Below are positions 12,159-25,588 of a stretch of 64,000 bases of DNA, piece by piece. This DNA is from Octopus vulgaris (taxonomy: Eukaryota): assembly GCA_951406725.2 (NCBI GenBank), contig OX597823.1:96720001-96784000 (forward strand). The letters run 5' to 3'. Position 1 is the stretch's first letter. Each line of letters starts with the position of its first letter. The notes beneath the pieces were generated by a model, which was given only the letters and a program-made list of their open reading frames with translations, was not told the DNA's origin and searched no databases. The position numbers were made by a program, and so were the translations under genes.

Positions 12159-14835
12159 AATGTAAAAAAATACAAACTGGGACAAGAACGTGAAACATTT
12201 AGAAGACGATATATATTAGATCAATTGATGTCCACAGTTTTTAGCAAGCACATCAGATCCCTTCTGAACTAAGCCATCTGAAACCGGTTCTGATTCTGTG
12301 ATACAAGATTCCTGTTTTTAAGTGATTCAAGTTAAATTGTCCCATGAAAATTTCCTGTTAATTTATGTCCCAAGCACCAGCTTAATAATGACAAACCTTT
12401 TTTTATTTTACATTCTTCAGTATTTTCAAAATTGATTGAAACAAAAGTGGTCTATTTCAACAGAAACATGGTAATAAATGGAGGTTTTCCCCACCTTTAT
12501 TTAAAAAAATCAACTGAAATAAACGTAGAACTTTTCACTAGATATATGATAACAAAAATGTTACTAAATTCTTCAGTTAGCCTTATTATTGCCACATTTA
12601 AAAGATAATGCTAGTCCCAACAGCACACACACAAAGAGACAAGTTTTAACCACTTACACAGACATACATAGAAGCCGACAACATACCCCTACCCCCTTCT
12701 GTTTCCTCGGAAATTTCGTCGGAAGACGAAACCAGTAAGGAATGGCAAATAGCCAGAAAAAGAAGGGGGAAAAAGAGCAGAAAAACAACCAAACCAAATG
12801 CAAACACAAATAAAGCAGGGAGATATACATCTCCCGAAAACATTTCGAAACCCACCACAAACAACAGCCACACCAACACCACAAAACATGCTCACAGCTA
12901 TAGACATCAAAAACACAAATTTGATGGAATAAAAAATGAAACTCAGTCTTATTCTTCCATTCATTGACAAGACCAAAATGATTTTTTAATTTTATATTTA
13001 TAGCTGTGCATACACAACTACAAATACTAATAACTAAATTGGTATCGTAAATATTCAAGTGACTGATATAGAAAATATTTGACATTTCTATCAATGACTT
13101 TTGCTAATTCTATCTCGCCGTATTTTATTTAACCACAGACGTATTAGAGTCGAATTGTAATTAATCACCAGTTGAATTATAAATAAGCTGTAAGCTTATC
13201 ACTGTGTCAGTTCTACATCGAGCAGATTTATTGGCAAAAATCGTTCTTAGGCATAACCGTCCTGTTTTGTTTTTATTTAAACGTAAATGTACCTAGTGAG
13301 ATATTGTCCACTGTATCGTTCTTTAAGATGGTAGGATGTGATGGAAGGAGATTTGCTTTGTTGGCTCAGTAAAAAAAAAACAGGGCTTTTTATGACCTTT
13401 TTTTTCTATGCTAGTTTGGCTTTGACGAAGATATTACTTAAGGCATTGTTTTTACAGCGGGATGCCCTTCATGTCGCTAACCATCACTCACCCTCTTATT
13501 CCACATGTCTTCGAAGGCGCAAAGCTAACGGACGGTTCGTTGACAAGGGAAACGTTAACAATGTCTCGCTTCTAGTTCGACTATTTTTGGAGAAACGCAA
13601 ATGTAACAAACATGCACTCATCTACACACACACACACAACGCGCTTTCGGTTTCCGTCTACCAAATTCACCCACAAGGTTTTATCAGCTGTAAGCTAATA
13701 ATCTCTCTGTGGACAGAAAACATGAAAACCTCCAGTTTCACTCTCGGTTGACAAGACGAAATTATACGTTGTTTGTTAAGAAAATATTTATTATTTGCGC
13801 ACAAGGCGCAAAGGCGCAAAGCTAACGGACGGTTACCTCTCATTTCCCCGAAAATTTTCAGTTTTCTCTATTTATTGATGATTTTATTCAGATTTATGTT
13901 TTAAACATCTAGGATTTATGATTTTTCAAAATATGCGTAATACAAATCCGAAAAAGTTTCGAAAATAAGTCAAAATTGAAAATGTTCGCTAAGAGAGGGG
14001 GGGATCAAAATTCATCCACTTCTCCTTTCTCCTCAATTTCGTAATCTACGATACTTAAAACACAGATCCGAAAAAATTATAGTTTTTTGATGCACTAGAT
14101 AATTTCCGACTCTATTCTCCAAGATTACCTTTATAAATATTTGCATTAAGACAATATCTATTTAATGAGTTCATAATATTGTTCATAACTTGTTGACTTC
14201 AATAAGAACTAACAATTTCCTACGCACACATTCACTCTCTTTCCCGCTCTCTAAATTGATATTTAGATCATTTTTATAACTTCTTAACAGTTTGACAGCC
14301 AGCTCCTGACTCTTATCTCCTCGCAGCACCCAGTAGCCGACCATCCGGTTTTCATTCAACATCCAAACACACCCACATTTTTAGGTCATAGAAATAAATA
14401 CCTGACCTGTCAGAACAGCCCACAATGCTAGTTGTTATTTTCTTCATTGTTTGTCTAATTCAACTAAAAAAACAAGTCTGTATACATTCATGATATTGTA
14501 TAGCCTCGTGTACATCGTCTTTTAAGATCTCTCCTCACCGGCCACTCACTAAATTACCGATTGTTGTCGTTGTTCTCATCGTTTAACCTTGATCTAGCTG
14601 GTCTGTGATTAAAAACATAACATATGTGATCATTCCGTCTTTTGTTTTTCCAGGCAGTGTATCTAGGATTACATTATATAATGTGTCCTTTTCCCAACTT
14701 CTTTTTTTAAATCGTAGGGTGTTATTTCTAGCAGATCGTGTAGCTACGTCGAGACCCCCCCCCACTCTCGTTTTACCTAAATGTGTACACATAGATATAG
14801 AGAGGTGTGTATGTATGTGCCTGTTGATCTATCTA

Positions 14836-14872
<37 letters not shown>

Positions 14873-15218
14873 CCTCTCTCTCTCTCTATCTATCTCGTTT
14901 GTATTAGAGACTTGTGCACCACTGAACATTGGTAATGTTTGTTATAAGGAGAAATTTGAACTTTGATTTATTATTTAAAATATAAAATAAAAAAAAGAAT
15001 AAGTCACATGTTTAAATGACAATATGCTAAGTTTATAAATGGAGCAGAAATTGTGACATATATTTATTTATTTATTAAAATTTCACTGAAGACTGGGTCA
15101 TTTGTTTAATAAATTTCTGTCGCATTTTTGACAATGACATCTGGTCTATTTTCGCGCTTTAGGCTTTTATGTAGAAAAGGTTAAGTTTTCATACAATAGA
15201 AGTAGCAACATATAGACG

Positions 15219-15490
15219 TAGGCGTGACTGTGGTTCAGAAGCTTGTTTCCCAACCATGCAGTCTCGAGTTCAATCCCACTGTGTGGCACCTTGGGCAAGT
15301 GTTTTCAACTATAGTCTCAGGCCGACCAAAGCCTTGTGAAAGAATTTGGTAAACAGAAACCGAAGGAAGCCTGTCGTGTGTGTGTGTGTGTGTGCGTCTT
15401 TGTGTTTGCTCCCATCACTACTTGATAACCGATGTTGGTTTGGTTACGTCTCCGTAACTTAGCGGTTCGGTAAAATAATCCGACGTGATA
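15219..15490 (+). mobile_element. SINE family A, 3'-truncated
   Basis: taggcgtgactgtgg...cccactgtgtggcaccttgggcaagtg...cttagcggttcgg. Confidence 0.75.
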
Positions 15491-15555
15491 AAATAACTTT
15501 GTTCCAATGTTCTTGGCTGACACGATGCTACTGTATCGCAGCTCAATTTCTTGGA

Positions 15556-15710
15556 CAGGCCCGTCGCCAGGCTTTGGTGCCTGGGGGCGCTTCTAAATAT
15601 TTTGGGTGGGTACTAACTTGTAATAATGCCAAAGTGGAATAAATCTGAGGGTGCACCATTGAATAGTAAGGGAGCAGTGTCATCCAGTGAGCCCCTTAGT
15701 GGTGGGCATG
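15556..15710. mobile_element. Possible short hAT-type MITE
   Basis: Imperfect TIR CAGGCCCGTCGC / GTGGTGGGCATG; 8-bp flanks ttcttgga / cccctgga match only partly. Confidence 0.35.
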
Positions 15711-15803
15711 CCCCTGGATGATTGTTGATAGAGGATTTATTCTAATATTGGTTTCAGCCAGAGGCTGTAGCCATGTTGGGTCACTGTTATTAAAAAAGTA
15801 CTA

Positions 15804-15875
15804 AGGTCTCACCAAGATTTGAACTCAGATTACTGGGTTCAAAATCTAGAGTGCTAACCATTCCACCATGGCATC
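15804..15875 (-). pseudogene. tRNA-Gln(TTG) pseudogene
   Basis: Reverse complement GATGCCATGGTGGAATGGTTAGCACTCTAGATTTTGAACCCAGTAATCTGAGTTCAAATCTTGGTGAGACCT follows the metazoan tRNA-Gln pattern with broken acceptor and anticodon stems; a T6 Pol III terminator lies a few nt downstream. Confidence 0.75.
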
Positions 15876-16859
15876 TGCATGATTATATCATTTTTCATTA
15901 AAATTTTTTTTTATATAAATATCTCTTAACTTTTGAATAGGTTTTCTTTTCTGTCCCTTTCAGTATAAATATCTGGGCCTTTGGTTTCCATTTGTGTTAC
16001 ATTCCTGGCAGTAATGTCAGTTAATTCTTCTCAAGCACCATTTGACTGTATAATAGTTAAGGTCAAGTCAATAAGAGAGCCCCTATATGATCACTTGACC
16101 TACAAGAAATAGCAGCCTCCCTGCCAAAATAAAACAGCTAAAAATTCTTTATATCATACTCTACTGCTATGGTTTCCCCCCCTATCCCCAACTTTTCTCT
16201 GTTTAAGACCATTTTTATTTAAAAATGAATTTTCCCATGGTAACACAGGTGTCTGAAAAGCCTGCCTCCTCAACAAATTTTTAACTGACACCCCACCAGC
16301 CTTGGATATGAATTGCTGTCCTGCTGTCTTAAAAGAAAAACAAGAGGGTCCAGATTAGAACACCATTGACCATAAGTCTGCAGTCTGCTTGTTTGGGGCC
16401 GAGCTGAAGTTAAACAACAGTTGTATATAGTTGGGATCTTATAGAGAAAAAAGCAAAGCATTTTGGTTTCTGAAAATGTTAAGAGACAGCTGTCATTGTT
16501 GCTTAGGCACATGTCAGCCATGATTGAGCAGAGCTAAGGCATTCCAGTTGTGAGCACCTCATCTTTTTCTCCCTTCCTCCATGCACACATGATGCTGCTG
16601 CTGACGATGATGATGATGATGATAATCTCCCTCCATCTATGTTCTAATTACTTCAGCAAGGCTGAACACATTTGATAAACTTCTTATATCATTGACCCCT
16701 TCAGGGTCGTTGACAACTTATCACACCCTCCCTCACGCCTTCCTATCATGTAAATTTCTTAAAAGTATAATTAATAAAAACTTTCTTAATTTAAAAACAA
16801 TTATTCCTTCATTCTTTTTTGTCGTTACTGCTTTTTAATAAGAAATATTTAAAAATGAT

Positions 16860-17260
16860 AGGTGTAGGAGTGGCTGTGTGGTAAGTAGCTTGCTTACCAA
16901 CCACATGGTTCCAGGTTCAGTCCCAGTGCATGGCATCTTGGGCAAGCGTCTTCTACTATAGCTTTGGGCTGACCAAAGCCTTGTGAGTGGATTTGGTAGA
17001 TGGAAACTGAAAGAATCCTGTCGTATATATGTATGTGTGTGTATACATTTGTGTGTCTGTGTTTGTCCCCCCAACATCGCTTGACAACCGATGCTGGTGT
17101 GTTTACATCCCTGTAATTTAGTGGTTTGGCAAAAGGCACCGATAAAATAAGTACTAGGCTTACAAAGAATAAGTCCTGGGTTCGATTTGCTTGACTAAAG
17201 GTGGTGCTCCAGCATGGCCACAGTCAAATGACTGAAAGAAGTAAAAGAGAGAGTAAAGAG
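16860..17260 (+). mobile_element. SINE family A, full length
   Basis: Colinear with 2711-3095. Confidence 0.85.
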
Positions 17261-17724
17261 AGTATAAAAGCTTAACGAAATTAACAAACAACAATAAAAA
17301 TTGTCATCTATATTGATAATAATTAAGCACCCTTAATGCTGGAAATTGTTTCAGGTGTTTATTGACCCCTTGGATAGCTGCAAGCTTCTTACCACACAGC
17401 CATGCCTATGCCTATATATTTTTTAAAGAAAAGTCTAGGGAAAAGGGTGGCAATGACATTGACCTTCTGGCCTTTGAAGAATGTCTCACACTGTTGTGAG
17501 TGATGAGTGATGGCCAGCCTGAACATTTGAAGGTCAATGATACAAGAATAACTTAGATAGAGAGGGGAAACTGGAGCCTTGGCTAAAAGAACCCCACTTA
17601 AAGCATCCAATTGAAGATATTGATAAAAACATTTCACATAATGCTGGCCAGTTACAGCATATACAAATATACATTCGTACATGCATACATATCAACATAC
17701 ACACACGTGCATACAAATAGGCAT

Positions 17725-18020
17725 GTGGAGGCACATGGCCTTATGGTTAGAGCAGCGGACTCGTGGTCGACAGATTGCGGGTTCTAATCTCAGACCGGGC
17801 AATGTGTGTGTTTATGAGCGAAACACCTAATCTCCACGTGGCTCTGGCAGAAGGTAATGGCGAACCTCTGCTGACTCTTTTGCCACACCTTTCTCTCACT
17901 CTTTCCTCCTGCATCTTGCAGCTCACCTGCGACGGACCGGCGTCCTGTCCAGGTGGGGAACCTATATGCCAAGGAAACTGGGAAACCGGCCCTTATGAGC
18001 CAGGCATGACTTGAGAAGGA
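17725..18020 (+). mobile_element. tRNA-headed SINE family C (V-domain-like motif); partial - strand copy at 51765-51935
   Basis: A box tggccttatggttagagc, B-box-like GGTTCTAATCT, internal cctgcgacggaccggcgtcctgtccagg. Confidence 0.65.
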
Positions 18021-18865
18021 ATAAATGATACAAATAGGCATACATACATAAACACACATACAAATATGTAAAGCATACTAACATGCCTGGAGTAAAGAAT
18101 GGGTGAACTTTCGTTCCTGGGGAGCGAATACAACTCGTTGGTTAATTCATACATTACAAATGACCATGATGCTTGGGAAAATAAAAATCTGTTAAGACCT
18201 TCTTTGGATTTGAAAGATGATGAACAAAATGAGATGCTTTCTTTTACAACCAAGCAGGTGGCCAGTCAAAGTTAACTTTAAATTATAAAGAGAAAAACAA
18301 AACATACATACAGATATGCATACATGACTTGAGAGTGTGTGTGTGTGTGTGTGTGTGTGTAAACTAGACACATTTTTCTATGCCTTTATATACCTTTGTT
18401 TACCTGTTTATGTACTGCTTCACACACCTGTCTATTTTCATACCAGGTGTGAATATTCACACTATCTTATAAATATAACATTGTGGTTCCCATTTTCTGA
18501 CTTCCTAGCCCCACACAATCTCCTGTTCAAAGAAGAGGCTTCACTCTGTCTCCATTTTTTGTTCTTCACTAACTGTGGGAAAGAATGGAAATGGGGAAAA
18601 TCAGAATAGCAACATTAAAGCCTTTTCTGCCATCAAATGAATGAATGAATTTTCCTTGTATTGAGTGCTTATTTCTCTTCTTTGTAAATTCAGATGTGTG
18701 TATGAATCATTATTATCATCGTCATTTAACATCCGTGTGCCATGCTACCATATATAGAATTGAGTCAGGGCTCTATAATCCTTTAAGAGATGCCAGCATC
18801 CTAGTTCCCTAGTTTATATCAGTGTTCAGTGAAAACTAAATATACTAGTTTTGTATTGATAGATA

Positions 18866-18917
<52 letters not shown>

Positions 18918-18918
18918 T

Positions 18919-19223
18919 ATTTAAAATATTTATGAATGAGAAAAAGAAGAAAATAGAGAAATTTACATACAGACATCAGTTTATTCAAAGATATTGAAAT
19001 TCATATAATAAGATTCCAATTCTACAGTAATTTCCATATCTATTTATTTAGTTCAATAACAGAAATTAGATTAAATTGATTTAATTTAATTTCTGTATTT
19101 GAACAAGTTGGATATAGAAACAGTTGTAGGACAGGATTTTTATTATATGGATTTAAATATTTTTGAATAAACTGACGTATTTCAATTTCTCTATTTTCTT
19201 CCTTTTCTCATTCATAAATAATT

Positions 19224-19227
<4 letters not shown>
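18919..19227. repeat. Degenerate ~310 bp palindrome between (TA)n tracts
   Basis: tttaaaatatttatgaatgagaaaaagaagaaaatagagaaatt mirrors aatttctctattttcttccttttctcattcataaataatttaaa; centre near 19077. Confidence 0.75.
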
Positions 19228-19259
<32 letters not shown>

Positions 19260-19329
19260 TGTGTGTGTGCACATATAATATATACATATATATATAAGTA
19301 TATATAATATATATATGAGTTGCCATGAT

Positions 19330-19520
19330 AGATTGTTAGCCACTACACACATTTTTTCTCTCCTTGTTTCTCTCTTTGTTTTTTTCTGTGTCCCTTTCTG
19401 TAGAAGAGTGTAGGTTCGAGACGTAAAAGACTTTTTCTATTCCTGAGTGTTATACTAATACATCTGTTTGTTTTGTACACCACCTCTCTTCGTCTTTTGT
19501 TTTTTTCATGAACTCTCTCC
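19330..19520 (+). mobile_element. Hammerhead-bearing TA-flanked element (family H1), degenerate
   Basis: cttt CTGTAGA a gagt gtag gttc GAGAC gta aaag, plus the family H1 tail ending in (TA)n. Confidence 0.7.
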
Positions 19521-19920
19521 ATATATATATATGTACATACATACACACATATGTAAATTTTATATACACATACATATACGTACATTCATATACATACAGG
19601 CATATATATGTGTGTACACATTATATATAGAGTTAAGTGATCTGGCCAATCCTCTTTCGTTTCTTTATTGCCTTTAACTGACTCTGTTAGATTATATATA
19701 TGTATATATATATATATGGATCAAAATTCATTGGTATACTGAGTTCCAAGTGTGATGCTAATCTTCAGCCATTTAGAATTTCAGATTCAAAATCACTGAA
19801 ACATGCTTGAAACCCAGTGGACCAATGAATTGGAATCAAACTGTTTTGATCCATACAAATAACTCCCAATAAATGTGTTCAGTGCCCACCTTTTGCTTCT
19901 CCACTCACTCATATATATAT

Positions 19921-20148
19921 ATTATACTTTATTTAAAGCAGCAGAAAATTCAACAAAATCTGTTACTCTGAGTTTCTCGTTGCCGTTCATCAGACAGTTT
20001 TTGCTAGAATTTGATGAATGGCAACGAGAAACTCAGAGTAACAGATTTTGTTGAATTTTCTGCTGCTTTAAATAAAGCATATTACTCTACCACTGGTATT
20101 TGAGTACTCTTTTTTCCACCTTGTTTCACATTTATGTGTTTACTCTGG
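19921..20148 (+). mobile_element. TA-flanked fold-back insert with hammerhead-like core
   Basis: Arms 19927-19992 and 20012-20077, tail to 20148; the left arm reads CTGATGA a cg GCAA cg a GAAAC TC on the - strand. Confidence 0.7.
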
Positions 20149-20164
20149 TATATATATATATATA

Positions 20165-20410
20165 TATATTATAAAGAGGGCACTATTACACATAGATGCC
20201 ACACACTAGGAGGGACTTTTAAAGTCAAAACTACTTAAGTTTTGACTTTAAGAGTCCCTCCTAGCGTGCGGCATCTATGTGTAATAGTGCCCTCTATATA
20301 ATATAAATAAATATTTTCAAGTTGAAAAAATTTACAGATTTTTTCTCTTACGAGGTTTTTTCACGCTAACTACTTGATAATTTCTTATGAAGATTTTATC
20401 CTATTTTTAA

Positions 20411-20411
<1 letters not shown>
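20165..20411 (+). mobile_element. TA-flanked fold-back insert (no recognisable ribozyme core)
   Basis: Arms about 20165-20232 and 20238-20304, loop ACTTA, tail ending TATTTTTAAA before (TA)n. Confidence 0.7.
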
Positions 20412-20442
<31 letters not shown>

Positions 20443-21367
20443 CAAAATGGGACAAGAATGCAAAACATCCGGACAGTTAGCTGATACAAAAATGGGACAA
20501 CAAAACACATTAGAAATATTTTAAACTATTTAATGTAAAAGCTTAATTTAATGCAAAAACTCTGCCAGATCAAGACTGAAGCCTGGTGCAGCCATCTGGT
20601 TTGCCAGCCCTCAGTCATTCGTCCAACCCATGCTAGCATAGAAAGCGGACATGAAACGATGATGATGATATGCACAGATATTAAAACGAGTATGATGATG
20701 ATGTACTGTTATTTGATACACAGCATATATGTTATAGAATGACGTCCAGGTTTACCTGTCTCTAATGTTCAACTCACTCTGCATACATTAAGCAAACTGA
20801 AAACAAATATACACACAACTAACAACTGATTTTGGTGATTGTTAATCTGTTTTAGCAGGAACGATTCATTATTTTGGAAGGCATTATTTTTTTGTTATTT
20901 TTTGTGTGCACAGGTATTTCCTCTTCACCAATATTTGCACGAGTCGAAAGATCTGTTGGAAGCAATTCTATTTTAGTCCATCGATAATGCATTTCCTGTG
21001 TCAATATTTACCATTTCTGTTTCATGTTGATGTCATTTATTTAAGAGGTGACACTCCTTTCAAGGAAGGTGTGTGCATGTGTTTACCTGGAAGAGGTTGG
21101 CAGAAACAAGGAGGAAAAGAAATATTTATAAAATAGGAAGGTTTAAAACTAGGATTGGAAGGACAAGGTGATAGAATATTGATTGGGTTTGGTTTATATT
21201 TTATTTAATTTTTTTGCTAGTACTTAGTCAGAAGGGGAGGGGCGGTGCCCATGAATATTCTTTATGGCATTTCTAAGACAGGTAACAGAAAAGGAAGCAG
21301 AAACCGTGACCAATGAGCCTTACAGTAGGAAATAGTTCATCATGCTGTTGGGTAATACTCAGAGATG

Positions 21368-21690
21368 GTGAAGGCACATGGCTCAGTGGTTAGGATATTC
21401 GAGTCGTGATTGTAAGGTTGTGAGTTCAATTCCCAGTGGCACATCATGACCTTGAGCAAGATGCTTTATTTCACATTGCTCCAGTTCACTCAGGTGGAAA
21501 AAGTGAGTTATAATTGTAATTCAATAACCAGTATTATCACATTCTGTGTCACACTGAATCTCTCTGAGAACCATGTTGAAGGTATGTGTGTCTGTAGAGT
21601 GCTCAGCCATTCACATGTTTATTTCATAAGCTAACTGTTCCGTTGATCTGATCAAATGGAACCCTTGTCATCATAACTGATGGGGTGTCT
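21368..21690 (+). mobile_element. tRNA-headed SINE family D (other copies 36446-36765 and 41260-41545)
   Basis: ggctcagtggttagg...GAGTTCAATTCC...ccttgagcaaga...tttatttcacattgctccag is shared among three copies. Confidence 0.75.
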
Positions 21691-22829
21691 GCTCTCTTCA
21701 GAGACTGAAGACTTGGTCAGAACAATTGCAATGGAGTGGATCCTGTTAAAGACACCAAAATACCAGGTGTTGAAACTATTTTTGTTTCCATTAATCTTTG
21801 AAAATAATGAAGAATTTAATAAAATAACCTCACCATTATTAAGCTGGTGTTTTGGAGCATAAATTAAGACAAAATTTTGATGGCACACTTAAATCACTTT
21901 ACAGTAGTAAGTATATAAGTTAGTACCAAGTTGGGTTGATAATGAAAGGGCTAAGGGTGTGAAGTGGAAGACTCATCAGCCAAGCAGACTGAGGGGAGCA
22001 GAGTTAAGTGCTTCGACCAATCCTCTTTCTTTATTGCCTTTAACTGACTCTGTTAGATTGGAATGAAATTTACTTATGTCAAGCTAACAAGGATGTCCTT
22101 TCTGTTTGCATAGCCTGCTATAAATAGCAGTCAAATACTCCTCATAACACCCTCTATTGTCTTCAAAATAGGAAGGACATATTGAATGACATAGCTCCAA
22201 ACAGAATTTCCGACTCACCTCCCCCCCCCCCCCCAAAAAAAGTGAACAAAAACGGGATGGGCGTGATTGGATTGTCACTGATTAATTGTCTACTCAAACC
22301 TAGGGTCAAACCCTAACAAACAGCCATCTACTCCTGTCTAATTTACTTTCCCCCACTGCAATGTGTGGGAGGGAAACATAACAAACTCCAAATCTAAAAA
22401 TCATTGTCGTGTTTGTTTTCTTTCAATTAGGTTCTCAAAGTTGAAGCTTTGGATAATTGTTTGCATCCCCCCACCCTCCCGCCCCACATATCCATCTATC
22501 CACCTATGTATGTTGTTGATGTTGATGCTGTTTGTAGCAAACTACAGCCATCAATAAGTTGGGTTGTAATTGAAAGAAACTTTTTGTTTTGGTGCCAAAT
22601 CGCTAGAGTGGGGATTACAAAAGCAAAATACAGGGAAAAAAAACCCATCACTCCTACACAAAAAAATAAAAAATAAAATATAAACACCCACACACACAGA
22701 CTCACAAATACATGCACATACACACACATGTACACACACACGCACACACATTACTTAGCTACTTTTGAACACATCAGTCTCAACTAATTATCTATCTGTG
22801 TGTATGTGTATGTGTGTGCGTGTGCACGC

Positions 22830-22886
<57 letters not shown>

Positions 22887-23249
22887 CCATAATATTTTCA
22901 CCAGTTGTAATTGAGTTTGGCCAAATTATATCTGTATATGTATGTGTGCGTACTTCGGAATATCCACACTTACATACACACACACACAAATAATTAATTG
23001 ATTCTGATGATGAGTTTGGGAGTGGAAATTTCTATGGTTTCTCATATATGTGGAATCTCAATGACAGCCTCCCCCATGTCCCCCCACCCGACCCCACCCC
23101 ATACACCTTCTGGTATCCTGTAATGTTAAATGATATCTCGTTGGGCGGATCAGAACCTTCTAACGAGAAAAAAATGTCTGGTCAATATAACTTAATGAGA
23201 TTTTTCGTAAGGGAAGAGGCTCTTGTTGTTTAGGTCTACAAAAAAGGGT

Positions 23250-23680
23250 ATCAAATTTTAGTACAAGGCCAGCAGTTTTAGGGGTGGGAAGAAGTCAATT
23301 ACATTGGCCCTTCCCCCCAGTGTGTAACTGGTACTTATTTTATCAACCCCGAAAGGCCGAAAGGCAAAGCTGACCTTGATGAAATCTAAACTCAGAACAT
23401 GAAGACAGATGGAATGCCACTAAGTGTTTTCTCTGGTGTGCTAACTAATTCTGTCAACTTGCTGTCTTCAGATCTACAAGCAATGGTTTCACATTTTGGG
23501 CACAAGGCTGCAATTTCAGCGGAAGGGATTAGCCAATTACATTGACCCCTGTGTTCAACTGGTATTTTATTGACCCCCAAAATTCAACCTGAATGGCATT
23601 TGAACTCAGAATGCAAAGATGGACAAAATGCCACTATGCATTTTGTCCTGCATGCCAATAATTCTGCCAGCCTGCCACCT
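23250..23680 (-). mobile_element. Two tandem diverged SINE family B copies
   Basis: Twice ...ctggta...ttat...acccc...aactcagaa...attctg.ca.c. Confidence 0.65.
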
Positions 23681-25161
23681 TACTTCAGGTCTACAGATAA
23701 TAAAATGATAAATTCATTCGTTTTACACCTGTTTTTCCTTGCTAGCATGGGTTAGGTGAATATATTACTGAGTCACTATGGATGCTCTTCCTGTTGCTAA
23801 CCCTTACTCATTTTCAAGTATGGGCTATCTTCTTTCTCAGGTTTCAAACTGAGCAGGTAATCTAGTCAGACAAAATGCCAACAGAATGGTGAAATTTCTG
23901 TCTCACTATTGGCTAAAAATACCCAGTTTTTTCAATTTTTAAACCTCTGTAACTTTTTCCTCCAATTTTTTTCTCCACAACATCATACCTTCATAGCAAT
24001 GAGACTTATTATAGCCAATTTTCAGATTTTTACTGTCTTCTGCAAAAAGCATATTTTGCGAATGAAAAAAATCAGATCCTGGCTTTGTGCCAAAATTTGA
24101 AACTAATATTACTTTGGTAAGAAACATGTGAAGGTTAGCAACAGGAATGGTGTCCGTCTGACCCATGCAAGCATGGAAAAGGGAGCATTAGATTGTGATG
24201 ATGAGTAAGATGAAAGTTTAAAAAATAAAGGAGTTTAATATTGAAGTTGATAGAAATATGGTCAGAAAAAGGTTAAATAGCCGAAACTCGTTTACAGTTG
24301 AAAAGACCAGAACAATTTAAAATAAAGTGTTTTGCTCAAGAACACAATACACTGCCAAGTCTGGGAATTGAAACCAAGCTCTTACAATCATGAGTGCAAC
24401 ACCATAATCACTAGGTCACATGCCTTCACTTTTCCAGAAGACACGAGGGGTGGGGGAGCGTTAAAAAGCAAAAAAGAATTTTAAAAACATGAAAAGAAAA
24501 TATCTCCAAAACAAGCAAAGAGATAAAAAAAAATAGCAACTGGTGAGTTTGACAGCTTGTGATCTTGTCATTAAGGAGTAACAAAACAAATCTTGTGTTT
24601 CTTTGACTGGACCCTGGTGTGTGTGTGTGTGTGTGTAGTGGGGACAAGGAGAAACAGAAGGGAGTGTCAGTGATTTAACTAAATCACACTATATTATCAG
24701 AGACCCCAATGTTGTTGACATAACCAGATGGAGGTGTTGCTTCCAAGCAGAGCTCTTTGTTTTACTTTACCCTACTCTCTCTCTCTCTAAGGGGTAGGGC
24801 CCACCAAAATGAGGGAACAGTAAGCTGTCCACAGATTTCCTTGAGACACCCTAAGAAAACTTTGCAACTGGTATTGGTTGGGGTGGCAGAGATAAAGAAG
24901 GGGTTAAGATAGAGGTCATCAGATTGGTTTCATATTAGAGATTCCTTGCTCCTTTCATGGGGTCCAGCTGTGTGATATATGGTTTCTTCACCCTCTACTG
25001 CAGCAGGAGCATGATAAATATGGACTACAGTCCCTATTTATATATGTCTGCATTTCTACCTATTTATTAATATACATATATATATATAACTATTAATATA
25101 TGTATATTTATGTATTTATATATAATTATATGTTTATAAATACTTTATATATATATATATT

Positions 25162-25210
<49 letters not shown>

Positions 25211-25251
25211 TATATAATTATCAGTATATACATATTTATCTATATATATAG

Positions 25252-25291
<40 letters not shown>

Positions 25292-25542
25292 TATATAATT
25301 ATCAGTATATACATATTTATCTATATATATAGTTATATATATTTATATATATATACACACGTGTGTATGTGTTTTGTTTTTGTGAAGGGTATTTATTAAC
25401 CAATATATTTTTTATCTATCAACTCACATTTTGTAGGAATGCACACAGCAAGGTGTCTTATCTCATTCATAGTTTTCCCTTACCTTATTCCTAACTAAAC
25501 GAGCGGAGGTGAAAAAGCCACAACAGTGACTCATCCTCATTA

Positions 25543-25588
<46 letters not shown>

